Positions 9,223-18,992 of a stretch of 64,000 nt of DNA are shown one piece after another. The DNA comes from an uncultured Candidatus Saccharimonas sp. (GTDB lineage: Bacteria > Patescibacteriota > Saccharimonadia > Saccharimonadales > AWTP1-31). The stretch lies in NCBI GenBank assembly GCA_943354005.1, contig CALRBE010000003.1, forward strand, positions 30,153 to 94,152, given 5' to 3'. Below the pieces are notes generated by a model, which saw only the letters and a program-made list of their open reading frames with translations, searched no databases and was not told the DNA's origin. Each line of letters starts with the position of its first letter. The first letter of the stretch is position 1. Made by a program: the position numbers and the translations under genes.

Positions 9223-10223
9223 TACTTAAACCGATACTAAATCCAATCATATTACTGGTACTATTCTCGTTAATTGGCATAGGTATGGCTATAATTACCT
9301 TACGTCAACCAAAAATATATCGAAATAAATGGCTAATAAGATGTGCCATGGTATTTATATTACTGGTACTTTGCTTTAGGCCTTCTTTAGCTGGAGGGAT
9401 TAGCGAGGGAGGAATTACTAACCTAGATGTAACGTACTTGGTCGACACTACGAGCTCCATGGCTGCAGAAGATTTTGACGGAAATAAGACTCGATTAAGC
9501 GGCGTAGCCAAAGACATAGAAAACATAACAGAGAATCTTGTAGGTGCAAGATTCTCACTTATTTATTTTACTTCGAAGGGTTACTTAGCTTTACCATATA
9601 CTACAGATACTAATGCCGTTGACAGTCAAGCGAAAACACTGAATCAAGAAATTACTTTTTACGCAAAAGGAAGCAGTATCGATGCTCCAATTGACTTAGT
9701 GAAGCAGCAGCTAATTGAAGCAGAAAAAAATAGTCCTGAAAGATCAAGAACTATTATATATTTTGGCGACGGTGAGCAAACAGTAAATTCTAAGCCTAAA
9801 TCATTTGAACCATTGAAAAACTATATAGATGGAGGGCTTGTTCTAGGATACGGTACAGCCGCAGGCGGCAGAATGAAAGAATACAATGATTTCTCAACCG
9901 ACGAAGAGATTAAGTACATTGTAGATTATGGCCAGAGAATAAATCCACCTCCTGATGCGATTTCTAAAATTGATGAAAAAAATCTTAAAAATATTGCCAC
10001 TCAGTTGGGTGCAAAATATGAACAACGCTCAAAGAATACAGATACGGCATCACTTGTAAAAGCACTAAATACCGCCAAGCTAACTAAAAAGGCTAAAGAT
10101 GTTGCCGGATCAACTGATTTATACTGGATAATAATCATGCCTTTAGGACTTCTATTGCTCTTCGAAGCCAATCGAATTTTAAAATTATATTCTGAGATAA
10201 AGACAGGTAAAAAACATGAATGA
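9204..10223 (+). CDS. VWA-domain protein, BatB-like
   Basis: MIDAS-like motif YLVDTTSSM. Two N-terminal TM helices and one C-terminal TM helix. Confidence 0.7.
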   Translation: MEARHMILKPILNPIILLVLFSLIGIGMAIITLRQPKIYRNKWLIRCAMVFILLVLCFRPSLAGGISEGGITNLDVTYLVDTTSSMAAEDFDGNKTRLSGVAKDIENITENLVGARFSLIYFTSKGYLALPYTTDTNAVDSQAKTLNQEITFYAKGSSIDAPIDLVKQQLIEAEKNSPERSRTIIYFGDGEQTVNSKPKSFEPLKNYIDGGLVLGYGTAAGGRMKEYNDFSTDEEIKYIVDYGQRINPPPDAISKIDEKNLKNIATQLGAKYEQRSKNTDTASLVKALNTAKLTKKAKDVAGSTDLYWIIIMPLGLLLLFEANRILKLYSEIKTGKKHE

Positions 10224-10962
10224 TAACAAACCTTACGATTTAGAAAAATTAAATCCCGATAAATTAAGGCTAAAGAAACGCCATATTTTATTTAAAAGAT
10301 TCTTCGTGGCGACTATAATCATTGCAGTTATATCACTTAAACTAATGTCACTTTCTATACTAACAGGTGGTGCAATCTCATCATTAAAAGCAAACAATCC
10401 GGGCCAGGCAATTCAAAGGCTTTTACCCTTAAATATACTCAATATAATAGAAACATATAAGTTATATTTTAATAAGGGCAATGCGCTATTCATAAAAGGT
10501 GACTATCCTAATGCTGAAAAAAATTATAGAGAAGCTCAAAAATCAGCACCTAAAGAATTCCTATGTCAGATTACATTTAACTTGATACTTTCTATTGAAG
10601 CTCAGGCCGATAAAGCAGTTGAAGACAAGGATTATGATAAGGCCGTAGATAGATATGAAGAGATTATAGCCATAGTAAAGAACACTAAGTGCGGATTCAC
10701 AACATCAGAAAAATCAGCTGAAGAAAAAATGAAAAACTCAGCTAAGGAAGGTAAAGAAAAATCAGACAAGGCTAAACAAGATAGAAATGGTGAAAAGCAA
10801 AAAGTTAAACCGGACGAACAAAAGGATGAAGAGAATAAACCACCGACCGATGAACAACAAAAAAAACTAGATGAAAACAATCAAAAAAGTAATAAAAAAA
10901 GACAGGAAAATGAACAAGATAGAAGTTACAGTGAACGTGAATACGATGCAAAGAACTGGTAA
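10216..10962 (+). CDS. TPR-repeat protein, BatC-like, with Lys/Glu-rich low-complexity C-terminus
   Basis: TM anchor. TPR-like helices (YFNKGNALFIKGDYPNAEKNYREAQ). C-terminus is an EKS/KQ/DE-rich repeat. Confidence 0.55.
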   Translation: MNDNKPYDLEKLNPDKLRLKKRHILFKRFFVATIIIAVISLKLMSLSILTGGAISSLKANNPGQAIQRLLPLNILNIIETYKLYFNKGNALFIKGDYPNAEKNYREAQKSAPKEFLCQITFNLILSIEAQADKAVEDKDYDKAVDRYEEIIAIVKNTKCGFTTSEKSAEEKMKNSAKEGKEKSDKAKQDRNGEKQKVKPDEQKDEENKPPTDEQQKKLDENNQKSNKKRQENEQDRSYSEREYDAKNW

Positions 10963-11025
10963 TCATATTACTTTGATTTAATATTAAAAGATAAAAGAAT
11001 GCGAAACTATTAAAGAGAAAAATAC

Positions 11026-11676
11026 ATGACCCCAAAAAATGATTACTTTGCAGATCGACTACTCGTGAAACTTGATAAAGCAGATCCAGTCTACGCAGCT
11101 TTTGAAGCACAAGATATTTCAAGAGACGTAGGGTTTGATTTTGACAGTTTCCAAGATGTCATACCGAGAGCTTTAGATGAAATTCGTGAGACGAAAGAAG
11201 CCTATCTTGAAAAAGGTCCGGATGCTAAGGAACATTTTGGAGACGAAATTGCAGATATAATGTTTTCAATTATTAACTTAGCAAGACATGCAGGGATAAG
11301 AGACCTGCAAACTATAAAATCACAAATTGAAAAAGTCTCTCGAGATGATACAAAAGATCTAGATGCTATAACAATGATTAATGGTATAGGTACACTCATT
11401 GAAGAAGCTTCTGTAGTAGCATCTGAAAATCCTGAAGATACTAAGAAGGCTGCACAAGAGTTATTTAAAAAAGGAATGCGAGATTGTATTATTCTAGCCC
11501 AAAACAATGACTTTAATCCTGAAGATATACTAAGAGAAAACGTAAGAAAATATCTAATCCGTTGCCAAGCTATTGAAAAGTTAGCATTGAACGACAATAA
11601 GTCGTGGAATGACCTCGCTAGAAACAATGAAATTGTAAAGTACTGGAAAAAAGCAAAGACAATTACTAATAATTAA
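11026..11676 (+). CDS. MazG-like nucleotide pyrophosphohydrolase (putative)
   Basis: EHFGDEIADIMFSIINLARHAGI resembles the MazG EExGDxLxxxxxLA metal-binding helix. Confidence 0.45.
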   Translation: MTPKNDYFADRLLVKLDKADPVYAAFEAQDISRDVGFDFDSFQDVIPRALDEIRETKEAYLEKGPDAKEHFGDEIADIMFSIINLARHAGIRDLQTIKSQIEKVSRDDTKDLDAITMINGIGTLIEEASVVASENPEDTKKAAQELFKKGMRDCIILAQNNDFNPEDILRENVRKYLIRCQAIEKLALNDNKSWNDLARNNEIVKYWKKAKTITNN

Positions 11677-11707
11677 ACTTTAGTCAAAAAAGTGTAATCA
11701 TGATTGA

Positions 11708-11734
11708 TTGACATATAGTATATATTGTTATAAT
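11708..11734 (+). promoter_or_regulatory. sigma70-like promoter (TTGACA-15nt-TATAAT) upstream of the 11763 gene
   Basis: Perfect -35 hexamer at 11708-11713 and perfect -10 hexamer at 11729-11734, in an AT-rich intergenic region. Confidence 0.35.
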
Positions 11735-11762
11735 ATATACGTTAACTAGAGACTTAATATAT

Positions 11763-12497
11763 ATGGCCATTATTCACCCCACATTTGAACAAGTAGCAAA
11801 GCAAAACTATGCATTTGCTTCTGCATGCAGTGAGATGTTTAATACTCCGTCTTATACCTTCGCACAACCCAGCGACGTATATATTAATGATGAAAATAAA
11901 GGTTTTCCGCCAGAACCAAGTGAGATTCTTTCAGTAGTAGGATCATATATCGAGACTAACACTTCTACAGGTAAACCTGCAGTACGCACACAATACGTAG
12001 GCCTTACAGATAATCAACTTCCGGGTGAGATTGTTGGTGAGATCTATGGTAATTACATTGGATCACTTCAAGATAGTTTCAATTCATTACATCAGGGGAT
12101 GCTGAAAAGTGTTCCTGAGCTTGGCGAGGGATTACCTGGCATACGAGATTACTGTGTCAGATCTACAATCCGTGCAGAAGGTAGTTTAGTTGCAGCACAT
12201 CTAATAGCGCGAACTGTTAATGAAGGTAACTTAATCCAAGCGGTAGCATATCCTAAACTAATAGATAACGATATAGGCTTCGATGTACGAAACTATACAG
12301 TAAATATACTTCCAGACATTAATGCGCTGAGAACCAAAGTCGAGCAAAACGCCAGTGAAGAAGAGTTACAACAGGGTGACGACATAATACAATCTATTCT
12401 AAGAATGGACGGACGAATGAGAATAATGGGAACTATGGCAGCAGCTTCTGTACTTCCGGTAGCCACTACTTTCAAAGCTGCTATGAGCCAAAACTAA
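11763..12497 (+). CDS. hypothetical protein
   Basis: 244-aa ORF downstream of a consensus-like promoter. No recognisable motif. Confidence 0.45.
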   Translation: MAIIHPTFEQVAKQNYAFASACSEMFNTPSYTFAQPSDVYINDENKGFPPEPSEILSVVGSYIETNTSTGKPAVRTQYVGLTDNQLPGEIVGEIYGNYIGSLQDSFNSLHQGMLKSVPELGEGLPGIRDYCVRSTIRAEGSLVAAHLIARTVNEGNLIQAVAYPKLIDNDIGFDVRNYTVNILPDINALRTKVEQNASEEELQQGDDIIQSILRMDGRMRIMGTMAAASVLPVATTFKAAMSQN

Positions 12498-12576
12498 GCG
12501 GCTCCTGATTTTTATTTCCTTGAACCATAAGCAATAAGGCGTATAGTTAACTATTATAACTATAGGGAACACTCGT

Positions 12577-13257
12577 ATGGAAAAACCAGAAGAGCTAAAA
12601 GATCAACAAGAGCAACGACAAAAACCTAAATCAAATAAAAAAGATGCTGACCAAACTAAGAAAAAGGTATCCCTAATTCTTATCATTGTATTACTAATGG
12701 CGCTTTCAGCAGGTATAGTCTACTTCTGGAAAGACTCAAAAGCTAAAGATATAACTAAGAAAAAAGACGCTGAAATATCTAGCCTACAAAAAACTAAAGA
12801 CGATCTACAGAAACAACTCGATGAAAAAAACAAAACCTCTGAAACTAAAACAACTCCCGTAACATGCACCCCGAAGGCTCCAAGCGCCGATACTCTTACT
12901 AACATTAGGGAATCTATAACTTCACGTAATACTGCCGCCCTAGAAGGCTATATGGCCCCTACAGTAAAGGTTATTATCGCTGCTTCAGGTGGAGTCGGAG
13001 ATAGAACCCCAACTCAAGCGGTCAGTGATATAACAAGTTATATTTCTAGCTCAACAGACCCTTGGAACTTTGCTCTAGCTAAAACAGTGACCGACAATTA
13101 CGCTAAGGGTAATTACGCTCAATACTTCCCAAGTATTGCTGTAATAGGTAAATCAGCTAACGGTATCGTTATATCATTCTCCTTCGACTGTAACGGTAAA
13201 ATAAATACTGTCTTCATGGCCATTAAAGATTCTCTTTTGGATAATTTAGACACCTAA
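12577..13257 (+). CDS. hypothetical membrane-anchored protein with Lys-rich N-terminus and coiled-coil segment
   Basis: Polar K/Q-rich N-terminus, a TM helix LILIIVLLMALSAGIVYFW, then a coiled-coil-like segment KDAEISSLQKTKDDLQKQLDEK. Confidence 0.45.
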   Translation: MEKPEELKDQQEQRQKPKSNKKDADQTKKKVSLILIIVLLMALSAGIVYFWKDSKAKDITKKKDAEISSLQKTKDDLQKQLDEKNKTSETKTTPVTCTPKAPSADTLTNIRESITSRNTAALEGYMAPTVKVIIAASGGVGDRTPTQAVSDITSYISSSTDPWNFALAKTVTDNYAKGNYAQYFPSIAVIGKSANGIVISFSFDCNGKINTVFMAIKDSLLDNLDT

Positions 13258-13293
13258 ATTGCGCCTATTACTCGAATATGTAATACTTTATTC

Positions 13294-13764
13294 ATGTCTG
13301 ATGTTTACGTATATACTATATTCACGCTTGATTTTATATTAAATAATAAATCTTACGAAACAGGACAAAAAGTCCTCTTAATCGTATTGCTGTCTACTTT
13401 TGTTATCCTATTATTCACATACATTATTTGTTATACATATAACACCTGGCAACTCTTCAAAAAAGCACGTATGCACGGCTGGGCCGCAATAATTCCAATC
13501 TATAATTCAGTTGTATTCGCACGAATTGCTCAAAAGAATATCCTTCTAGGACTGGTTCTTGCAATAACTTCAATCCAACCACAAAGTAGCAGCTTATTCG
13601 CTAATCCAATAGCAATTATATCACTCTTGCTTTTTGTATATATATTCATGGGCTTTATTAAGCAATATAAAACTCCAAAGTATTTTTGGACATTTGCCAT
13701 TCTATTTCCATTTATAGCAATAAAAAAAATTAATTCCGTTGAATATATAAAAGAAATAAAATAA
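13294..13764 (+). CDS. hypothetical integral membrane protein
   Basis: 156 aa with 3-4 hydrophobic helices. Confidence 0.4.
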   Translation: MSDVYVYTIFTLDFILNNKSYETGQKVLLIVLLSTFVILLFTYIICYTYNTWQLFKKARMHGWAAIIPIYNSVVFARIAQKNILLGLVLAITSIQPQSSSLFANPIAIISLLLFVYIFMGFIKQYKTPKYFWTFAILFPFIAIKKINSVEYIKEIK

Positions 13765-13824
13765 TAATTTAGGAACACCAATAGTATTGCCCTTACAACA
13801 ACCTTGTTGTATAGTATATAGAAT

Positions 13825-14331
13825 ATGAAAAATATCCTTAACTCAAAAATATACGGCGATCCTCTATTCATGGATGCTATGTCCGGCGAGTTCACTTCGC
13901 ATACCGACCCTAAAATAGAGCGCACTCTTGGAAGACTTATTGTAGAGATATTCAATAAAGGCGAACAGGTCGCTACTTCTGCAGAAGATGAAACACTTGT
14001 TGGTAGTGCTGGTATTATCCATACAGTATCACTTCAACCTGAATGGGCTAATGGAATTGTTGCCAAGACTGTACTTAGGTCTAATAAGCACAGTCCTGCC
14101 TTTCAAGAGATAGCCGGTATAGCTCTTGCAGGACCAAAAAGATCTCTTTCCGTTGCTCTACTAAACGAAGATGCTGTTAACTATGGTTCAAACATCATTG
14201 CAGTATCTGCACAGGAAACAGGTAGCTCACTAAACTATATTCTAGAAAATGGCAGTCATAGTATTAATGAGGTACGTAGTATTGTTACTACTCAAGTTAG
14301 TGACTTCTTTAATATAGACGAGATTAAATAA
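13825..14331 (+). CDS. hypothetical protein
   Basis: 168-aa ORF. No motif recognised. Confidence 0.45.
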   Translation: MKNILNSKIYGDPLFMDAMSGEFTSHTDPKIERTLGRLIVEIFNKGEQVATSAEDETLVGSAGIIHTVSLQPEWANGIVAKTVLRSNKHSPAFQEIAGIALAGPKRSLSVALLNEDAVNYGSNIIAVSAQETGSSLNYILENGSHSINEVRSIVTTQVSDFFNIDEIK

Positions 14332-14358
14332 AGCCTTAACGGGATTTAACAAAACAAT

Positions 14359-14679
14359 ATGAATAGTCCAGAAAACCCATACAGACAAATGGATGAGACT
14401 GTAGTTAATACAGAATCCGTTAAAGAATCACTAGATATCCTAAAAGATCAGTTACTTCACGTAGCTACACTCCAAGCGATTGAATCATATATTATCAATA
14501 GAACAGATCTCGAATTACTAGGAGATAATGCAGTAATTGATGCTTTTGAGATACAACAAGATATTTCAGAAGGAAAGACAAAGCTAGACAATATACTAGC
14601 AGATGCATTAGGCGTCATGGGCATCGTATTCTTAGAACACCTAACAGAACGATTAGATAATCTACCCGCTGATAACTAA
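14359..14679 (+). CDS. hypothetical acidic protein
   Basis: 106-aa ORF. Confidence 0.4.
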   Translation: MNSPENPYRQMDETVVNTESVKESLDILKDQLLHVATLQAIESYIINRTDLELLGDNAVIDAFEIQQDISEGKTKLDNILADALGVMGIVFLEHLTERLDNLPADN

Positions 14680-15131
14680 ACTTGTCTAGACATAAGCCTG
14701 CGTTGCATAAGTGCATACAAGCTATAACAAAAGAAGATTCCGAGTAAACCTGCAATAGAATCAATAAAGACATCCCGCAGTTCACTACTTCTTCCAATTA
14801 CAAACTTCTGGTGAAATTCATCCGAAATAGCATATAAAAATACAAAGAGCAGGGAATAGAGTGTTCTTCTACGTTCACTAAGCTTAAATTCTCTACTTAA
14901 GCTATATACCATAATGCCTAATATGAAATAAAGAAACATGTGAGCAGACTTACGCACAAGGAATGTTGCAATTCCTTGCGACGCAGGTACATACGCTTCA
15001 ATAGGCTCAACAAATATCCTACTTAACGATGAAGAGTCCTGAGCTACCTGATTTGAAAATATAAAGATAGCTACTAACCATATTACTAATGAGATAATTT
15101 TAACTAATCGTAATATGTTTATATTTTTCAT
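14676..15131 (-). CDS. VanZ-family membrane protein
   Basis: RKSAHMFLYFILG...DEFHQKFVIGRSSELRDVFIDSIAGLLG matches the VanZ signature. Overlaps the flippase gene by ATGA. Confidence 0.65.
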   Translation of the reverse strand: MKNINILRLVKIISLVIWLVAIFIFSNQVAQDSSSLSRIFVEPIEAYVPASQGIATFLVRKSAHMFLYFILGIMVYSLSREFKLSERRRTLYSLLFVFLYAISDEFHQKFVIGRSSELRDVFIDSIAGLLGIFFCYSLYALMQRRLMSRQV

Positions 15132-16660
15132 GATACTTTCTTAGATAATACACGGGTCGTTTTGAGTATAAGCTCCCGGTAATAAGATAACTCTTCACTA
15201 TTTCGATATATCAGATAAAGTAGAGCATTAGGTAATGCTATGCAGATGACTGTATTAAATATAAATTTGTATAAATTGTTGCTAATTGGCACTGTTCGAG
15301 ATAGGGCAAATGTCGCAGCAGATATGAAGAATACGATCACGAGCTTTGAAAAGAAATCATAATAATACTGCTTATTACTCATCTTAAATAATGGCTTGTT
15401 AACAAATTTAGGATAGCTATACAAGTGCAGGATAAGTGTACTACAAGCTGTACCCAAAAATACCCCCGCTAGGCCAAATACTTTTAAAAACGCAATCGAA
15501 AAGATTAAGTTAGCAATTGATTCAATCACTGGTACGAACCTATCTTCATGGAATATTCCCCCAGCCTCTTTGAAGCTATTTACAGATGAGCGCATTAACA
15601 TCATGTATAGATTTAAACTAATGGCGACCAATACGCCAATTGGAAGCAAGAACTGCGAACCAAGCCAAAGTGTTATGAAGCTATTCATAATAACTAGTAG
15701 AGATGTAGTAGCGAAACAAGCCATCCAGAAATTTCCAAAGCGGATCTTTTTGTATACTTCAAATGATTTACCGTCTTTAACGCTAACCAACAAGTTGCCT
15801 ATACTAGCTGTCACTGCGGTAAATGCTTGGTTTATTAGCATGATAATAGCAGTTGTTACGAGGAGATAGTTACTGTATAGACCGACTGTAGTGATACCGA
15901 AAAATAAAGAGATAATAATATTATCCGTACCCAGAACTACATAGCCTGCTACTTTGTGATAAGAGAGCCCTCGCACTTTTTTATAAATGTCAGACTTAGT
16001 GGCTGAGTCAAGCGCAAGTACTTCCTTTTCTTTTAAGTATGGGTATTTTTTGTTTGTAATTATTGTTAGGACTATATTCTCCGCTAATCTCATCGCAATC
16101 TTGAGTACGAGGTATAGGTAAAAGTTACCAGTAATTAATAGTGCTGATATTTGTAATGCATTTAAAGAGATAAGGTATCCAAGGTGTACGGTACTAATTA
16201 TGTGGTTATTCTGTTCGACGTAGAGTACGGCTCTCTTATATGTAAGTAGGTACGAAAAAAAAACGTCTAGAAGAAACAGAAGATAGATTATGTATATACT
16301 CTCAGCGATATTCGTTTCACCTACAATTGAACTTAGAAGAGGAATGACTAATATACCTAGTGAGAAAACGGCGAGGGCGATGAGCCTATAGCATTTTTTA
16401 TAGAAATTAACTATAGATTGAACTTTCACCGTATCTTTTTCTGAAATAGGTTTGTATAAGTGAAAATATATTGCTGACCCGAGGCCCAGCTCAACAAGTG
16501 CAAGCATCGATACAATACTAGTAAACAATCCATTAATACCTAGATACTCAGTACCCAAAGTGCCAATAAAGACACTTTGGGCAATAAGCCCAATAAAGAT
16601 TGTTGCAATGCTCATTAAAAATGCAATCAAGGTATTGCGGATCGAATTTTTTGTACGCAC
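15128..16660 (-). CDS. wzx: polysaccharide/O-unit flippase, Wzx (MOP superfamily)
   Basis: 510 aa, about 12-14 TM helices. The N-terminal region is typical of oligosaccharide flippases. Confidence 0.75.
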   Translation of the reverse strand: MRTKNSIRNTLIAFLMSIATIFIGLIAQSVFIGTLGTEYLGINGLFTSIVSMLALVELGLGSAIYFHLYKPISEKDTVKVQSIVNFYKKCYRLIALAVFSLGILVIPLLSSIVGETNIAESIYIIYLLFLLDVFFSYLLTYKRAVLYVEQNNHIISTVHLGYLISLNALQISALLITGNFYLYLVLKIAMRLAENIVLTIITNKKYPYLKEKEVLALDSATKSDIYKKVRGLSYHKVAGYVVLGTDNIIISLFFGITTVGLYSNYLLVTTAIIMLINQAFTAVTASIGNLLVSVKDGKSFEVYKKIRFGNFWMACFATTSLLVIMNSFITLWLGSQFLLPIGVLVAISLNLYMMLMRSSVNSFKEAGGIFHEDRFVPVIESIANLIFSIAFLKVFGLAGVFLGTACSTLILHLYSYPKFVNKPLFKMSNKQYYYDFFSKLVIVFFISAATFALSRTVPISNNLYKFIFNTVICIALPNALLYLIYRNSEELSYYRELILKTTRVLSKKVS

Positions 16661-16709
16661 TAAATTTTACCTTTGTACTTAATTTTATAAATATAGATAC
16701 TCAACATGA

Positions 16710-17885
16710 TTATTTGGTTCTCCTAGATGCAGTATTCTTATCAATCAATATAGCATCGAGCGACCTAAAAGCTTTTTGCCAGCTTAGTTGTTTTGAAAGA
16801 ATTATTGATTTATTACTTTTTTCATCCCATCTATTCTTTTTTGTAAATATACCAACCTTTTTAGCAAAGTCATTAACGTCATCATAGTATATAGTAGCGT
16901 CATCGAGTAATTTATCGCGTCGCCAACTAGGTGATATGACAGGTAAGCCAAACGACATGTATTCTAGCTGTTTTGAAGAAAAACTGTTTTTACGTAGCGG
17001 ATCCTTACTAATAGTAATCAGCCCAAACTGATAATCTTGCATGATATCTTTTGTAGGAGCATAGCCTTTATAATTTATTCCGTATGATATTGGAGGCTTA
17101 GGACCACCAAAAACATCAATATTTTTATTACTTCGGCATAGTTCACCCAACAGACTAAGATTTACCCAGCTCCCCTTAAGAAGCCCCATAAATATAATTT
17201 TAGGCTCGGCATTATATTTTGCCTTGAACGATTTCTGATTTACGCCATATGACATATCTATGAAGTTAGCGCCATTATATTTGTGAGCTTTTACGTATTC
17301 GGCATAAGTATGCCAGTGAAACGAGATATGGTCTGCGCGAGAATACATTTTAACTTCATATTTTTTATACTTTCTGTAAGTTTTATTAGTGATTAGTCCT
17401 CCATAATATTTTTCTTCAGCTTGCGGTGAAGGTAGGTCAAGAATCTGTATATCCGCGACGCGTTTATGTTCTAAAAATGCAATATCTGAGTTATTTTCAC
17501 ATATTATAATGTCTGGTCTTTTGATACATAACAAGTCATGTACGATTTTACCCCTTAAATACAGAATTTTCATCAAAAACATAGAATTAGTATGGCGAGA
17601 TATTTTGTTTCCAGTAAATCTATTGAAGAGCGAACTTGCTACTTCAAGTACGTACAAAATAAATTTACGTGGCGAAGTACCCGGAAATGCAATTCCAATA
17701 CCATTTGACGAGAATCTGCTTAGATACCTTGTCGATACTAGCTCAGTATATATACCCTTACTGGTGAAATACGCTTCTAATTCCTTAGGTTTTACGGAAT
17801 TTGCAAATGCATCAATACTGCATAGTATAACAACTTTATTAATTGAATAATTATCTTTCATTCCATCTCTTTCTATTTTTACCAC
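16710..17885 (-). CDS. putative glycosyltransferase (GT1-fold, GT4-like C-terminal motif)
   Basis: QLEYMSFGLPVISP resembles the E-x7-E / FGLPxLEAM-GxPVI region of GT4 enzymes. Sits inside the polysaccharide cluster. Confidence 0.45.
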   Translation of the reverse strand: MVKIERDGMKDNYSINKVVILCSIDAFANSVKPKELEAYFTSKGIYTELVSTRYLSRFSSNGIGIAFPGTSPRKFILYVLEVASSLFNRFTGNKISRHTNSMFLMKILYLRGKIVHDLLCIKRPDIIICENNSDIAFLEHKRVADIQILDLPSPQAEEKYYGGLITNKTYRKYKKYEVKMYSRADHISFHWHTYAEYVKAHKYNGANFIDMSYGVNQKSFKAKYNAEPKIIFMGLLKGSWVNLSLLGELCRSNKNIDVFGGPKPPISYGINYKGYAPTKDIMQDYQFGLITISKDPLRKNSFSSKQLEYMSFGLPVISPSWRRDKLLDDATIYYDDVNDFAKKVGIFTKKNRWDEKSNKSIILSKQLSWQKAFRSLDAILIDKNTASRRTK

Positions 17886-18988
17886 TTTATACTCATGCTA
17901 GTAAGGGTGTACTCGGAAACTCCTAGCCACTCGGGTTTAAGGTATAGTTGCGCAAAAGAAATAATTAATAACGCGAACATAATTATTAATCTCAAGCTGC
18001 GTATATAAGGAGTCCTGGGGGTGTGCTTAAAGAAATCTGGTATTCCGGTTACGCTATACATTAAATACAAATTCGATATTCTACTTATTGAGTTTACCTT
18101 TACTGCAACAGCGCTAAACACTGTACTCAATAGTAAAATTTTTATATAAAATGATTTAAGAATATTATCTTTTTCAAAGTATGTAATATTGTTTAAGCGA
18201 TAGATCGTAAAGAGTAAAACAGTAATCATTAAAATTATAAGAAATGTAATTACACTACCTATACTAAAGCTATTCAATCTATCGACGTAGAAATAATACC
18301 TAGCGTTTGAACCGGCTAGCCCATAGATTATGTTATTTATCAATAAAAGTAAGGTTATCGTAGCTAGTGCGCTAACGGTCATATTGTGTTTAGATACTTT
18401 CTTGCCGTAAAGAAAATATGGTACTAGCATGAGTAGACTAGATTGATGAATTAACGTAGCTAATAATACCAGTGCTATGTATTTAATTAATTTTCTTTCT
18501 AATATATAACCGAAGCCCCAGGCTAGTACACCCATTGCGAGTGACTGCCTAAATGTATTCATTGTTCCAAAAAAGAATAATGAAATAAAAATTATCATAC
18601 TAAATAAATAGTCTGAGGAATATTTTTTTATAAATCTATAAAAAGAATAGTAAACAAACCCATACGATATTAAAAAATATGTTGTGAAAGACGAGAATAA
18701 ACTACCTATCGAATAAGTGTAGAAGGTAAACCCATTCTCAAAACCATTGACACTAAACAAGTTGACAATACTAACGCCATTGAGAGTTTTAATACCTTCT
18801 TCTTGAAGCAGTCTAAAAAACTGATAATAAGGAACTGTGTCTGCCCCAACGGTTAGCCCACGCAGGCTAGCAATTAACCATAGTATTATAAACGAGATAA
18901 AAAGAGCCGTAACATTAAGTTTTCTATACTTTTTAGTAGAAATCAGCAGTGCAGATATTACCAAAATAGTTACATAATATATAACCAT
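17879..18988 (-). CDS. EpsG/Wzy-like polysaccharide polymerase (multi-TM)
   Basis: 369 aa, about 10 TM helices. N-terminal LRGLTVGADTVPYYQFF resembles the EpsG family start. Confidence 0.5.
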   Translation of the reverse strand: MVIYYVTILVISALLISTKKYRKLNVTALFISFIILWLIASLRGLTVGADTVPYYQFFRLLQEEGIKTLNGVSIVNLFSVNGFENGFTFYTYSIGSLFSSFTTYFLISYGFVYYSFYRFIKKYSSDYLFSMIIFISLFFFGTMNTFRQSLAMGVLAWGFGYILERKLIKYIALVLLATLIHQSSLLMLVPYFLYGKKVSKHNMTVSALATITLLLLINNIIYGLAGSNARYYFYVDRLNSFSIGSVITFLIILMITVLLFTIYRLNNITYFEKDNILKSFYIKILLLSTVFSAVAVKVNSISRISNLYLMYSVTGIPDFFKHTPRTPYIRSLRLIIMFALLIISFAQLYLKPEWLGVSEYTLTSMSIKW

Positions 18989-18992
18989 AGTA

